From Minisyncoccota bacterium (GTDB lineage: Bacteria > Patescibacteriota > Minisyncoccia > Phycocordibacterales > UBA9973): a stretch of DNA of 64,000 bases. This document shows positions 33,878-42,974 of this stretch, one piece after another. The position numbers and the translations under genes are program-made. The notes below the pieces were generated by a model. The model did no database searches and was not told the DNA's origin. It was given only the letters and a program-made list of their open reading frames with translations. The stretch spans positions 93,360 to 157,359 of the forward strand of contig JBAZRK010000001.1 in assembly GCA_041663005.1 (NCBI GenBank). The letters are read 5' to 3'. How positions within the stretch are numbered: the first letter of the stretch is position 1; every line of letters starts with the position of its first letter.

Positions 33878-35528
33878 CAGACAAGGATTTTTTATCCTGA
33901 AATTCGTCATATAGCTTGTAAGGTATAGATAGTTTTGGTGTTCCATTAAGTAATTCAGTATATGTTGGCAACTCATCAAAAACCAACCCATAAAATGCTC
34001 TTAAAAGAGTAAGATTCTTTTGTTTTATAAGGTATTCTTCTGGGTGTGCCATTAAGTTTTTTACATATCCTACAAAAGAGTGGACATCGTTCTCCTGAAC
34101 CTCAATTCCGTTTCTTTGCTCTCTGGTTTCTTCTATGCGTTGATGAAGTTTATTAATCTCTTTTTCAAGTTCTGCTCGTATAATTTCATTTGTTGTAGAA
34201 GTAAACGCATTAATCTTTTGTGTTTTCTCAAAATCAAGTTCTGCTACAGTTGTTCCCACTTTAACAGAAAACTCACCAAGTTCTTTTTCTTTCTCTCTAA
34301 ATTTATTTATCAGTGTTGCTTCAAGGGCTTTCAAAAAGCTTTTGTCTACGTGCTTTAATTTTTCTATGCAGACAGCAAGACCATCTTCAAATTCTTTCTT
34401 TGAAACTCTATATTGCTTGTGATTCCTAGCACAATGATATGCTGGAAAACTCTTGCCAGATTTACCAGTAGATGCACTACCTAAAAATGGTTTTTGACAT
34501 TCAGGGCACAACACAACTTCTTTAAAAGGATATAGGGGATTATCTTTCATTCGTTTTAACTGATGTGGGTTATAATCTTTATGTATCAAAATAGTTCCAT
34601 CCTTTTTCTCTTCAATAAAAAAATTGCCTTTATTTGCTCTGTTGTATTCGTCTATGCTCACCAACCCCTTGTAGTTAGTCCTAATAGGCGTTTTTAGCCA
34701 CTTTTCAGTATTAATTCCTGCATAGATGGGTCTTTGTATTATTTTCTGTAATTGCTTCACTGTAAGCTTTACACCGCCTCTCGAACCCAATATTTTATCT
34801 TTTGACCTTGACCACCTGTTTTGTTTCTTCGAACGATATCCAATAGCATTTATGTGGTCAACAATCTGCTGGTCTGTGTAAATGCCCGAAGCTCTCATTT
34901 CAAACATAGTAATAAAAAAGTGGGCTCGTTTAGGGTCTGAAACTTGAATCATTTTTTTCTTACCCTCAACGTAAATTCTTTCATTTACGAAACCATCATT
35001 TTCTTGCCTAACTTTATACCCTTCTCTTACTAAAGTTGCTTCTGCTCCAATCATTCTAGTAAGAATTTGATTAACTTCAATTTTACCTTGTTGAGCCATA
35101 ACAAGTTCTGTAATTTCACTAGGGCGTGTGATACTCCAGTCATATTCGAGACCAAGGTGTTCAAGAGTATTTTTTGTGGGCTGTATGATACCGTTAGAAT
35201 CAATTAATTGAACACCGTAATCAGCTAGTCGCTTTTTTAGACTTTCATACCCAAGAGTTCCATTTCTTGTAAAACGGTCTATGGAACGAAATATAATAAC
35301 ATCAACTTTTTTGGGAGACTTTTTTATAAAAGAAATAATGTCTTCAATAACAGGTCTGTCGTCTTTTCTACCAGAAAGTTGTTCCTTGAATGTTTTTAAA
35401 ACATCGAGTTTAAATTTTTCAGCAACACCGAGACAGATTTTTTCTTGCACTTCAAGACTTTCACCTTCTTGGGCTTGCTTTGCGGAACTAACTCGGCAAT
35501 AAATAATACAATTCTTATTTTCTTTCAT
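33840..35528 (-). CDS. large serine recombinase (resolvase/invertase catalytic domain plus recombinase domain plus zinc-ribbon/coiled-coil)
   Basis: N-terminal CIIYCRVSSAKQ contains the catalytic Ser motif. DRFTRN is present. 562 aa with C-terminal CPEC...C...HC. The last 38 nt are antisense to the tRNA-Glu 3' half. Confidence 0.85.
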   Translation of the reverse strand: MKENKNCIIYCRVSSAKQAQEGESLEVQEKICLGVAEKFKLDVLKTFKEQLSGRKDDRPVIEDIISFIKKSPKKVDVIIFRSIDRFTRNGTLGYESLKKRLADYGVQLIDSNGIIQPTKNTLEHLGLEYDWSITRPSEITELVMAQQGKIEVNQILTRMIGAEATLVREGYKVRQENDGFVNERIYVEGKKKMIQVSDPKRAHFFITMFEMRASGIYTDQQIVDHINAIGYRSKKQNRWSRSKDKILGSRGGVKLTVKQLQKIIQRPIYAGINTEKWLKTPIRTNYKGLVSIDEYNRANKGNFFIEEKKDGTILIHKDYNPHQLKRMKDNPLYPFKEVVLCPECQKPFLGSASTGKSGKSFPAYHCARNHKQYRVSKKEFEDGLAVCIEKLKHVDKSFLKALEATLINKFREKEKELGEFSVKVGTTVAELDFEKTQKINAFTSTTNEIIRAELEKEINKLHQRIEETREQRNGIEVQENDVHSFVGYVKNLMAHPEEYLIKQKNLTLLRAFYGLVFDELPTYTELLNGTPKLSIPYKLYDEFQDKKSLSVTLPGIEPGLPA

Positions 35529-35814
35529 ATACCAATTTATTGTTGAATGGGCTAATTATAACATTTTTTTCCTCAATTTTTTCACGCCACATAACATAAA
35601 ATGCTTCAGCTAAATCATCTTGTATTTGTCTAGCTTTAATAATCTCTTCTTCTGATAAACCAATATCATCTACATCTCCTAATGCTTTTTTATATTCTTC
35701 AAGTCCTATCATCCAATACTTTATTCTAATAAAAACCTTGCAAATAAGCTTCAGCTCTATTGTTAAAATTAATAAAAAAACCTTTTCCAGAAGAAAAAGA
35801 TTTACGACAAGCAT
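35515..35814 (-). CDS. small hypothetical protein upstream of the recombinase, overlapping it by 14 nt (possible regulator or directionality factor)
   Basis: The ORF overlaps the recombinase start. The acidic product has no recognisable HTH. Confidence 0.3.
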   Translation of the reverse strand: MLVVNLFLLEKVFLLILTIELKLICKVFIRIKYWMIGLEEYKKALGDVDDIGLSEEEIIKARQIQDDLAEAFYVMWREKIEEKNVIISPFNNKLVYERK

Positions 35815-35959
35815 CCTTCCCTTTAGGGGTTTTGGCTAGCACCGTTGCCACTCGACTGGCTGGTTGCTGGGCGGATTAACGAGCCAAAACTCTACCGCCT
35901 CTCCTGATACTGATATTTAATTTTACTTACCTAATAAGGATAGCACGGTTCTAAAACTG

Positions 35960-36165
35960 ACCCTGTAAAACTGTGGACAACTTTTTTAAGCTATATAATA
36001 CAAGGTTCTCAAAGAGTCGGAAAATTACCCCTATGAGTGCAAAAACCCCTAAGGATATATGCCCGCTAAAGAGTGCGAAAAGTCCTTTCCTCCTACTATC
36101 GTAGTTGTCTATAAACTCCTTCAAAGAGTGTAAAAACTCCCTCCCAAGGCGTGTAAAAACTCCAA
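35960..36165. repeat. iteron-like direct repeat array (consensus GAGTGYRAAAASYCC, plus two TAAAACTG units)
   Basis: Copies at about 36014, 36035, 36071, 36126 and 36149, with TAAAACTG at 35966 and 35981. Spacings are irregular (21-55 nt). Confidence 0.5.
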
Positions 36166-36649
36166 ATTTGCCTTTTAACGGTGATTTGTTATAAACTCTA
36201 CTTACAACTGAATAGTGAGCGTATCCAGAGCGAGGCGAGAGATTGGACTCAATGACCCTCCAACAACCTACCCAAAGGGCAAGGTGCTATCCACCAAGAT
36301 GACAGAAATGTTGTCGGGAAAGATGCAAAGGTCGAACATTTTTCCTCATTATTAGAGGAAATTTTTATTTTATGGAAGTAGTTAAATTAAGTATTAGACT
36401 TGGTCGTGATTCTTTCCAATATAATTCGGAAGTTCTTAGAAAGAATGGAAAATTTTACTATCGTGCAAATGGTGCAATCATAAAAATAACACCAATTGAG
36501 GCAAGATGTGTTATAAGAAACCCACGTCTTTACTATTTCTCTATTGCCTTGAAACTACACTTATTGATTAACAAAAAGCTTAAATCTTGATAGTATTAGC
36601 TTACAAGTAAATAAGAGACCTAACTCTTAAAGATTTTCTTTAAGATATG

Positions 36650-36795
36650 GTCGAAAGACCCATAGAAGATACTGAACCCCACGTGTTCAGCAACCTTCTA
36701 TGGGCTATACAGGGAAACTTGTATAGGGTCGCAAGACCTAGCTGGCGTGGGGTTCTGTGTTTATACCACGCTAGCTATTATCAGCTAGCTTTTTA
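36650..36795 (+). ncRNA. candidate structured RNA or cis-regulatory leader (uncharacterised)
   Basis: Nested perfect helices: CCCATAGAAG/CTTCTATGGG, CTGAAC/GTTCAG, CTATACA/TGTATAG, GNRA-capped GGTC-GAAA-GACC and GGTC-GCAA-GACC. A long-range 10-bp pairing GAACCCCACG/CGTGGGGTTC suggests a pseudoknot. Confidence 0.3.
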
Positions 36796-36799
36796 TTTT

Positions 36800-37033
36800 A
36801 TGAAAAAAGAAACAATAATGAGTCAGGTAATAATACTAGTTTTGGGGCTTACTTTAATTTTTATTCTGAGAGAGTTTCTAACAGATAAAATTATAGTGGA
36901 AGCTATGAGAGTTCAAGTAGAAACAATGGCAAGTAGAGCTGGATGTTTTGCTAACGCAAGAGAAAAAAATATTAATGATGGCGATTGCACGAGCATAGAT
37001 ATAACTGCTTACAAACTTTATCCTAAATATTAA
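36800..37033 (+). CDS. small membrane protein (77 aa)
   Basis: Start reassigned to MKKETIM. One TM helix (VIILVLGLTLIFIL). Sits immediately downstream of the structured region. Confidence 0.4.
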   Translation: MKKETIMSQVIILVLGLTLIFILREFLTDKIIVEAMRVQVETMASRAGCFANAREKNINDGDCTSIDITAYKLYPKY

Positions 37034-37043
37034 TTATAAATTT

Positions 37044-37688
37044 ATGAAAAAACATCTCACAATTTTGTTTCTCACAGTATTAATAATACCTTCTATCGCT
37101 TCTGCAACTTGGTGGAATCCACTTAGCTGGTCAAAAAATTCCAAGCAAATAGATACCATTGAACCAACATCAACTAAGCCAGTTGAAAAATCTATTCCTG
37201 TATCTGAAACTAAAACCACTGAATCAAAAGTTGTTGAAAGAATAGTAGAAAAACCAACAATCCAAACAATAACCGTGCAAGACCCCGCACTTCAAGCGAG
37301 GGTAAATATTCTTGTGGCGGAAAATGAATCTTTAAAAGCCCAAGTTGGTAGACTCCTTGAATCCAACAAATCACTCAATAAAGAATTATTGGCTTGTGAA
37401 GATACCCCAGCATCTACTTTTTCTGCTGATGACCAATGTGAGTATGCCCAAGATTCTCTAAAAGATTTTCTTGAACAGTATACCGAGTTAAGTGCTGAAA
37501 TAAGTAAGGAGCGAGAGAAAATAAAGAAAAACCCTGAAAGTGCCGAGAAACCTTACATAGATATTTATCATCGTTCTGGATTGAATGCTATGCTCAGTAG
37601 TTTCAATATTTCATCAAGTCAAAAACTCAAACCCCTTATTAAGGGAAAGGAATCTGCTGAATCAGCAGTAGCACTCTATTGCAACTAA
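37044..37688 (+). CDS. secreted coiled-coil protein of unknown function
   Basis: Signal peptide MKKHLTILFLTVLIIPSIASA, then a T/K/E-rich linker, then a coiled coil (LVAENESLKAQVGRLLESNKSLNKELL). Confidence 0.55.
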   Translation: MKKHLTILFLTVLIIPSIASATWWNPLSWSKNSKQIDTIEPTSTKPVEKSIPVSETKTTESKVVERIVEKPTIQTITVQDPALQARVNILVAENESLKAQVGRLLESNKSLNKELLACEDTPASTFSADDQCEYAQDSLKDFLEQYTELSAEISKEREKIKKNPESAEKPYIDIYHRSGLNAMLSSFNISSSQKLKPLIKGKESAESAVALYCN

Positions 37689-37869
37689 AGACCTAGAACT
37701 CTCTTCCTGTGGCATCGTAGAGCTTCCAGAACCTTGTCAGAATCTTGCCATCCGTTTTTTAAAGTATCCTAATTTTCAACGTTTTGGTTTTTGAGGACTG
37801 ATAAGGTAGTGTTAATAGTAAAGTGTCGGAAAATTCTCGTAAACCGTGTAGAAGTATTATACTTAAGTA

Positions 37870-39471
37870 ATGTTTAAAAACGAGAAAGGAGAAACAACTC
37901 TTCATATTGATACAAGGCTTGGAGAACTTACCACAGGTGAACCAAACGTGAACGAAGAAAAACTCAAGCAAGCTTTAAAGGCATACAATTTAAAAGAAGC
38001 CCTTTTAACTTTGTCTGAACTATCAAAAAACATTTTCAACGAAAACATTCCTGAACCATTTCAAAAGATGGGGAAAACTGGGATGCGTCATCCCGCAGGT
38101 TTAATTATTGCACAATTTGCTATTGAATATTTAGCTAGTGTTTTTATTATTTCAGGAGCTAACGATTATAAAAAAGAGAGCGTAAAAACAAAAGACAACA
38201 TATTGGGTCTTTTTAATATATATAATAATTCTCTTATACAACCTGTTTTTTTAGGCAATCATTTATCAACTTTACTTATACCGATGTATTTTGTTCAACT
38301 TAGAAGCCAATTTAGCCCCCAAGACCTTTTCACTAGGCAATGGATGATTTTTAGTGAAATGAGAAAAAAGACTAATAATATTTTTGAAGATATAAACAAA
38401 ATTATTTTTGACAACACAAATCTTACCATTGAAGAAATATCAGGGATTTCTTTTTCAATTTTTGCTTACTTAATACAAAATCCACTATTTAATATAGGAA
38501 ACTTAGAAGGACATACGGTTGAAAGCTTTAAAAATCTTTTAACTAAAGAAAAAATTGATTCATTTTTAAACTTATATACAGCTACTTATTCACAAATTCG
38601 TGAGTTAGACCAAAAGTTAAATCCGATAGACCTTAAAGAATATACAAAAGCCCGATTTAACCCCTTATGGAAAAAGCCAATAATAAAATTAGATGAAAAT
38701 TTATTTTTAGCACCTAGTTTAACAGCTTACACAACCGCAAGCTTTTATGGATTATTCTGGTGGTTTGACGATTACTATCGAGAGCAATCACAGAAGAAGC
38801 AAATGGATTTTAGGAAATATTTTGGAATTTTATTTGAAAATTACGCTGGAGAAGTTCTTTCAGATTTGTATGGAGAAAGTTCACTCAGAAAACAAATAAA
38901 GTATGGATTAAAGGGTAAAAAAATTGATTTTACAGATTGGGTAGTAATTAAAAACGATAAAGCGTATCTTTTTGAAGTTAAGGCATATCAATTTCCTCTA
39001 GAGGTTCTTCAAAAAGGAAAATCTGATGATGTTAGGAAACAGGTAATAAAAAAAATTGTTGAATCAATAAAACAGATATATCAAAGGTCTCAAGACATAC
39101 CTAAGCACAAGGAACTATCAGAGTTCAATAAAAAAGTAATAATCCCAATTGTGGTTTTTTATGATTTGCCTTTTATCTCTACTTCTCCTTCTTTGTATAA
39201 AGACGATATACTCAAAGCTCTTAACGGTTTAGATTCTAAATATAATGGGATTAAAGATTTTAAATATTACCTAATGAATATTGATGAATTGGAAGATTTT
39301 TATTATTGCTCTGATAATATTGAGATAGAGGATATCTTTGAGAATATTAAAGATAACCCAGCCAAAGGGGTTAATTCTGAAATTATTATCCATATAAAAG
39401 ACAAGAGTCGAAAGAATTTTCTCGATAGACAATTTAATAAATATTTAGATGACTTAGTGCCTGAATTATAA
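37870..39471 (+). CDS. hypothetical protein with a C-terminal PD-(D/E)xK-like nuclease motif (operon gene A)
   Basis: 533 aa. KKIDFTDWVVIKNDKAYLFEVKAY matches a D...(D/E)xK arrangement. No other domain recognised. Confidence 0.55.
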   Translation: MFKNEKGETTLHIDTRLGELTTGEPNVNEEKLKQALKAYNLKEALLTLSELSKNIFNENIPEPFQKMGKTGMRHPAGLIIAQFAIEYLASVFIISGANDYKKESVKTKDNILGLFNIYNNSLIQPVFLGNHLSTLLIPMYFVQLRSQFSPQDLFTRQWMIFSEMRKKTNNIFEDINKIIFDNTNLTIEEISGISFSIFAYLIQNPLFNIGNLEGHTVESFKNLLTKEKIDSFLNLYTATYSQIRELDQKLNPIDLKEYTKARFNPLWKKPIIKLDENLFLAPSLTAYTTASFYGLFWWFDDYYREQSQKKQMDFRKYFGILFENYAGEVLSDLYGESSLRKQIKYGLKGKKIDFTDWVVIKNDKAYLFEVKAYQFPLEVLQKGKSDDVRKQVIKKIVESIKQIYQRSQDIPKHKELSEFNKKVIIPIVVFYDLPFISTSPSLYKDDILKALNGLDSKYNGIKDFKYYLMNIDELEDFYYCSDNIEIEDIFENIKDNPAKGVNSEIIIHIKDKSRKNFLDRQFNKYLDDLVPEL

Positions 39472-39479
39472 TAATTTAT

Positions 39480-40628
39480 ATGAATATTAGCGAAATAATG
39501 AAAAGTGCTCCCAGATATCTTGCGATGCGGTATGGCTCATTGTATACCTATGTTTGGCAAAGTTTATTTCCCAAGGAATATATAAACAAAGTTCTTTACA
39601 GAATTGACAACCCAAAAGAAAAAAAGGAAAAGTTTTTCCGAATGAAAACAATAGCAGAGGAGGCATCTGTGTTAGTTTTCCTTTTCTATACCAAAAAAAT
39701 GTTAATTGAAGGGGCTAATGCCACAAAGAACACGGTTGATATCCTAAAGGAACTAGATATTAAAGAATTTCGCTTGGGGAAAACAAGGTTTGCTGGAAGA
39801 AACAATAACGTCATATTGGGAGATAGGCTTGCGGAAAGACTTCTACGTTTACTTGATGATGATGTAAAAAGACTTCTTTCAAGAACTGAATATATGTCTC
39901 AAATTATTGACCACTACAGAAGGTTAAGAAACGAGGAACGCACATATAATTATTTATTCGACAAAAAAGAAGCGGAAGTAAAATTAAAAAGATTTTTTGC
40001 AAATGAAAAACCACGCCTACGGACTTTCGGAAATGTTGTAAATCAAGTGTTTGAAGCCTACACTTTTGCCTCTACCATAAAATGGTATCAAAGTAATGAG
40101 TGGTTAGTTCACATAATTAATCCAAAAGTAAAAAGCAAGGGTATTTTTCGGTTGAAATTTTCAACTATGGGTGCACCAAATAAATACAGTTATGCAATAT
40201 GTGAAAAAGGAGAAAAAAAATGCCAAATAAGACACCAGTTAAGAGTAACTACAGAATCCTATCGAGATAAGAATAACTATAGAGCTAATATATGCTGTGA
40301 TATTTCGGTCATAAATAATTTAGATTTGAACCTTTATTCAACTGCTATGGCTATCCCAAACAAGGAATTGATTTCATTTGGTGAAGTTAAACATATGTCT
40401 GCTTTTGCGGAGCTTTTAGCGAACTTTGTTGGATTAGTTCACGAACTACAACCACGTAGATTAAGAACAATTAGAACCAGAAGATGGGCGAGAAATGAAC
40501 ATATTTCACCATTTCTAAACGTCAGTGGGTTTTTGCAACCTACTGCAAAAGGCTTGAATGAAACAATTGAAAAGAGAAAATATGACATTGATGTATACCA
40601 TTATGAAAATAAAATGGTAAATATCTGA
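39480..40628 (+). CDS. hypothetical protein (operon gene B)
   Basis: 382 aa, starting 8 nt after gene A. No recognisable motif. Confidence 0.5.
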   Translation: MNISEIMKSAPRYLAMRYGSLYTYVWQSLFPKEYINKVLYRIDNPKEKKEKFFRMKTIAEEASVLVFLFYTKKMLIEGANATKNTVDILKELDIKEFRLGKTRFAGRNNNVILGDRLAERLLRLLDDDVKRLLSRTEYMSQIIDHYRRLRNEERTYNYLFDKKEAEVKLKRFFANEKPRLRTFGNVVNQVFEAYTFASTIKWYQSNEWLVHIINPKVKSKGIFRLKFSTMGAPNKYSYAICEKGEKKCQIRHQLRVTTESYRDKNNYRANICCDISVINNLDLNLYSTAMAIPNKELISFGEVKHMSAFAELLANFVGLVHELQPRRLRTIRTRRWARNEHISPFLNVSGFLQPTAKGLNETIEKRKYDIDVYHYENKMVNI

Positions 40629-40679
40629 AAGAAATTAAATATATGTTAAAATAGGATAATTTCTAAAAAACAAATTAAA

Positions 40680-41642
40680 ATGATAAAAATTACACTTGAT
40701 ACAAATTGCGTTATAAACCTACTTAACTTTAATGCTGAAACACCTACTTCTGTAGATGAACTTTCCGAAATTATAAAATATGGGCTTGATAGTAATGCTA
40801 ATATCGCTATTACAACCAGAGTTGAAAGCGAATGTGAAGGAGACAAAAATAAAGAACGCAGTAAGGAAATGATACGTAAGATACAAATGTTGCCTGTAAT
40901 TGGCACAGTTGCACGTTGGAATACCTCAAAATGGGATGGCGGTGATGTTTGGGGAGGTCAGGAACACGAAAAGTTGTCTGATGAACTTACAAAAATAATT
41001 TTTCCAGCTCTAAAAAAAGAAGATGCTCACTATAAAAATAAGATAAATGATATTGACCATCTCGTAGGGCACATTATTAATAAAAGAGACATATTTGTAA
41101 CCGATGATGCACAGATTCTTAAAAAATCTGAGACACTTAAAGCAAGTCTCAATTTAACAGTGATGAGTCCAAAACAAGCCCTAGAGTATCTAAATTCTAG
41201 AGGTGATAAAACAATCCTAGTCCAAGATTTTTATGATAAGTTTCTAGAACAGAAAAAATTAATCTTAAAATTTCTCACATCTGAAAAAGATTTGGAACTG
41301 CTCGATAAGTATGAAGAAAATCGTCAATGGTTAATCCGTAAATACCCCAACATTAAAGATGGATTGGGAGATTTTAAAGTGCAACAGATGTCAGTTCCAA
41401 TGGGCGGACAAAGAGCCTTTACTCAAATTGATATTGTTTCTTTGCAGTTCTTTAATAAAAAACTAAATGCCTTGTTGGTGGAAAGAAATCCTCTGAATAT
41501 TCCAGATATTATATCTAATAATCCCGATAGCTACGCTGTCGTTTATTTAAGTGAAGAAGAGAAACTAGGTAAAACCATCAGTTTCTTAAATAAAATAGAG
41601 GATTTACTACTTGGATACTTAGGAAAATTAGAAGGAAAATAA
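40680..41642 (+). CDS. PIN-domain protein with a roughly 150-aa C-terminal extension (operon gene C)
   Basis: N-terminal IKITLDTNCVINLL contains the first PIN Asp. RDIFVTDDAQIL matches the fourth acidic motif. Confidence 0.6.
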   Translation: MIKITLDTNCVINLLNFNAETPTSVDELSEIIKYGLDSNANIAITTRVESECEGDKNKERSKEMIRKIQMLPVIGTVARWNTSKWDGGDVWGGQEHEKLSDELTKIIFPALKKEDAHYKNKINDIDHLVGHIINKRDIFVTDDAQILKKSETLKASLNLTVMSPKQALEYLNSRGDKTILVQDFYDKFLEQKKLILKFLTSEKDLELLDKYEENRQWLIRKYPNIKDGLGDFKVQQMSVPMGGQRAFTQIDIVSLQFFNKKLNALLVERNPLNIPDIISNNPDSYAVVYLSEEEKLGKTISFLNKIEDLLLGYLGKLEGK

Positions 41643-42271
41643 TGACCTCAATTAAAGTCTTAAAGAAAAGGTTCGAAGAAGTTACCAATGCTGTCTCTCG
41701 GTTGGTTGATGATAGATATTTTTTCCTTGAATATAAGAAATACCTCGAAGAACACCCGAATATTGATAAAAATAACGAATTTTTATATTTTATAGGTTTA
41801 AATTATGTAGAAACCACTTGTTTGGGGATATTCCGTCAGGTTGACCGCAATCCAAAATCTCAAAGCCTATTAAACATACTAAAGACTATACAAAAAGAAC
41901 ACGAATCTTTTACTCTTGGATTCTTTTGTAGAAAATACAGAAGAAGTAATGCAGGCTTAGGTAATGGAATAAAAGATTTTTCTCAGTTTGCTCTTAAAGA
42001 TGGTAAAAAAATAAGTCCTAAAAAAGTTAAATCCGATATATTGGCTCTTATAAAAATAACCAAACCCATTGTTAAATATAGACACAAATTTGTAGCTCAC
42101 AGAAATATAAGGAAGGTCACAATAAACGTGAAAATGAATGACTTATACACGGTAATTGATTTTTTAGAGAAAATGGTGAGTAAATATCAGCTCCTTATCA
42201 ATCAAGCAGGAATGCCTTCGTTACGTGCAGGAAATTCGCATCCTAATCTGCAAGCCGTCTTTAAAGAATAA
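41642..42271 (+). CDS. putative HEPN-like protein (operon gene D)
   Basis: TAATG overlap with gene C. YRHKFVAHRN contains an R-x5-H match. The assignment is tentative. Confidence 0.45.
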   Translation: MTSIKVLKKRFEEVTNAVSRLVDDRYFFLEYKKYLEEHPNIDKNNEFLYFIGLNYVETTCLGIFRQVDRNPKSQSLLNILKTIQKEHESFTLGFFCRKYRRSNAGLGNGIKDFSQFALKDGKKISPKKVKSDILALIKITKPIVKYRHKFVAHRNIRKVTINVKMNDLYTVIDFLEKMVSKYQLLINQAGMPSLRAGNSHPNLQAVFKE

Positions 42272-42275
42272 TTGT

Positions 42276-42788
42276 ATGAAAACTTCCGCACCTATTTCTA
42301 AAAGTCAAAATTCAGAAAGTATATTTTTTCAAAATATACTTCATTTTCTTTTATCTACTCACATAATACCGCTAAGAGAATATTCTTTGCAGTATGTTCC
42401 AAAAAATCAAGCAAAAATCGTAACTCTAAAAACGAGTTTTGGAGAAGATATATCTACTTATCTTGAAGAATTACCAACACCTTCAGACAAAGATTTTAAT
42501 CAAATTTCAGCCCGTATTTTAATTAATGGATGTTATGAAATCTTTAAAGAAAGTTCTATAAAAGAAATAACTTCTTCTGAAGTGGTTGAATTTTTTCGAC
42601 ATATACGAAACGCATCATCACATAAAGGTAAATTTATATTTAAAAAAGACGAGCCAAGGAAAAAAGCGAAATGGCGAGAGCTGGAGATTACTAGAGACTT
42701 AAACGGCTCTGACCTATTTGATTTTATAGCTATTGGCGATGTCATATTACTTTTACAAGATATTGATGATTGGGAAATCATAAAGTAA
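42276..42788 (+). CDS. HEPN-domain protein with canonical RNxxxH motif (operon gene E)
   Basis: Start reassigned to MKTSAP, 4 nt after gene D. FFRHIRNASSHKG carries R-N-x3-H near the C-terminus. Confidence 0.55.
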   Translation: MKTSAPISKSQNSESIFFQNILHFLLSTHIIPLREYSLQYVPKNQAKIVTLKTSFGEDISTYLEELPTPSDKDFNQISARILINGCYEIFKESSIKEITSSEVVEFFRHIRNASSHKGKFIFKKDEPRKKAKWRELEITRDLNGSDLFDFIAIGDVILLLQDIDDWEIIK

Positions 42789-42974
42789 AACTTTTGACTC
42801 TAGTTCTATAACTGATTGGGTAATTATTCAAATTGCTTTTACGCCATAAAACCTTTATAATAAAGGAGCTTTGAAACATTTAGGAAACAAGTTCAATGTG
42901 AGCGAAAACATTATTCCAAGTAATAATCATATTTTCAATGGAGTTCCATTGCAGATATGGTGAGCTCACTGCGA

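Noticed and set aside
36372-36590. 72-aa ORF after the iteron array
   Set aside because: There is no convincing RBS and composition is AT-rich intergenic-like. I kept it out of the feature list. It might still be a small protein.
37870-39471. Reverse transcriptase or retron, because WFDDYY resembles a YxDD motif
   Set aside because: No other RT motifs are found (no QGxxxSP-like motif B, and no motif A context).
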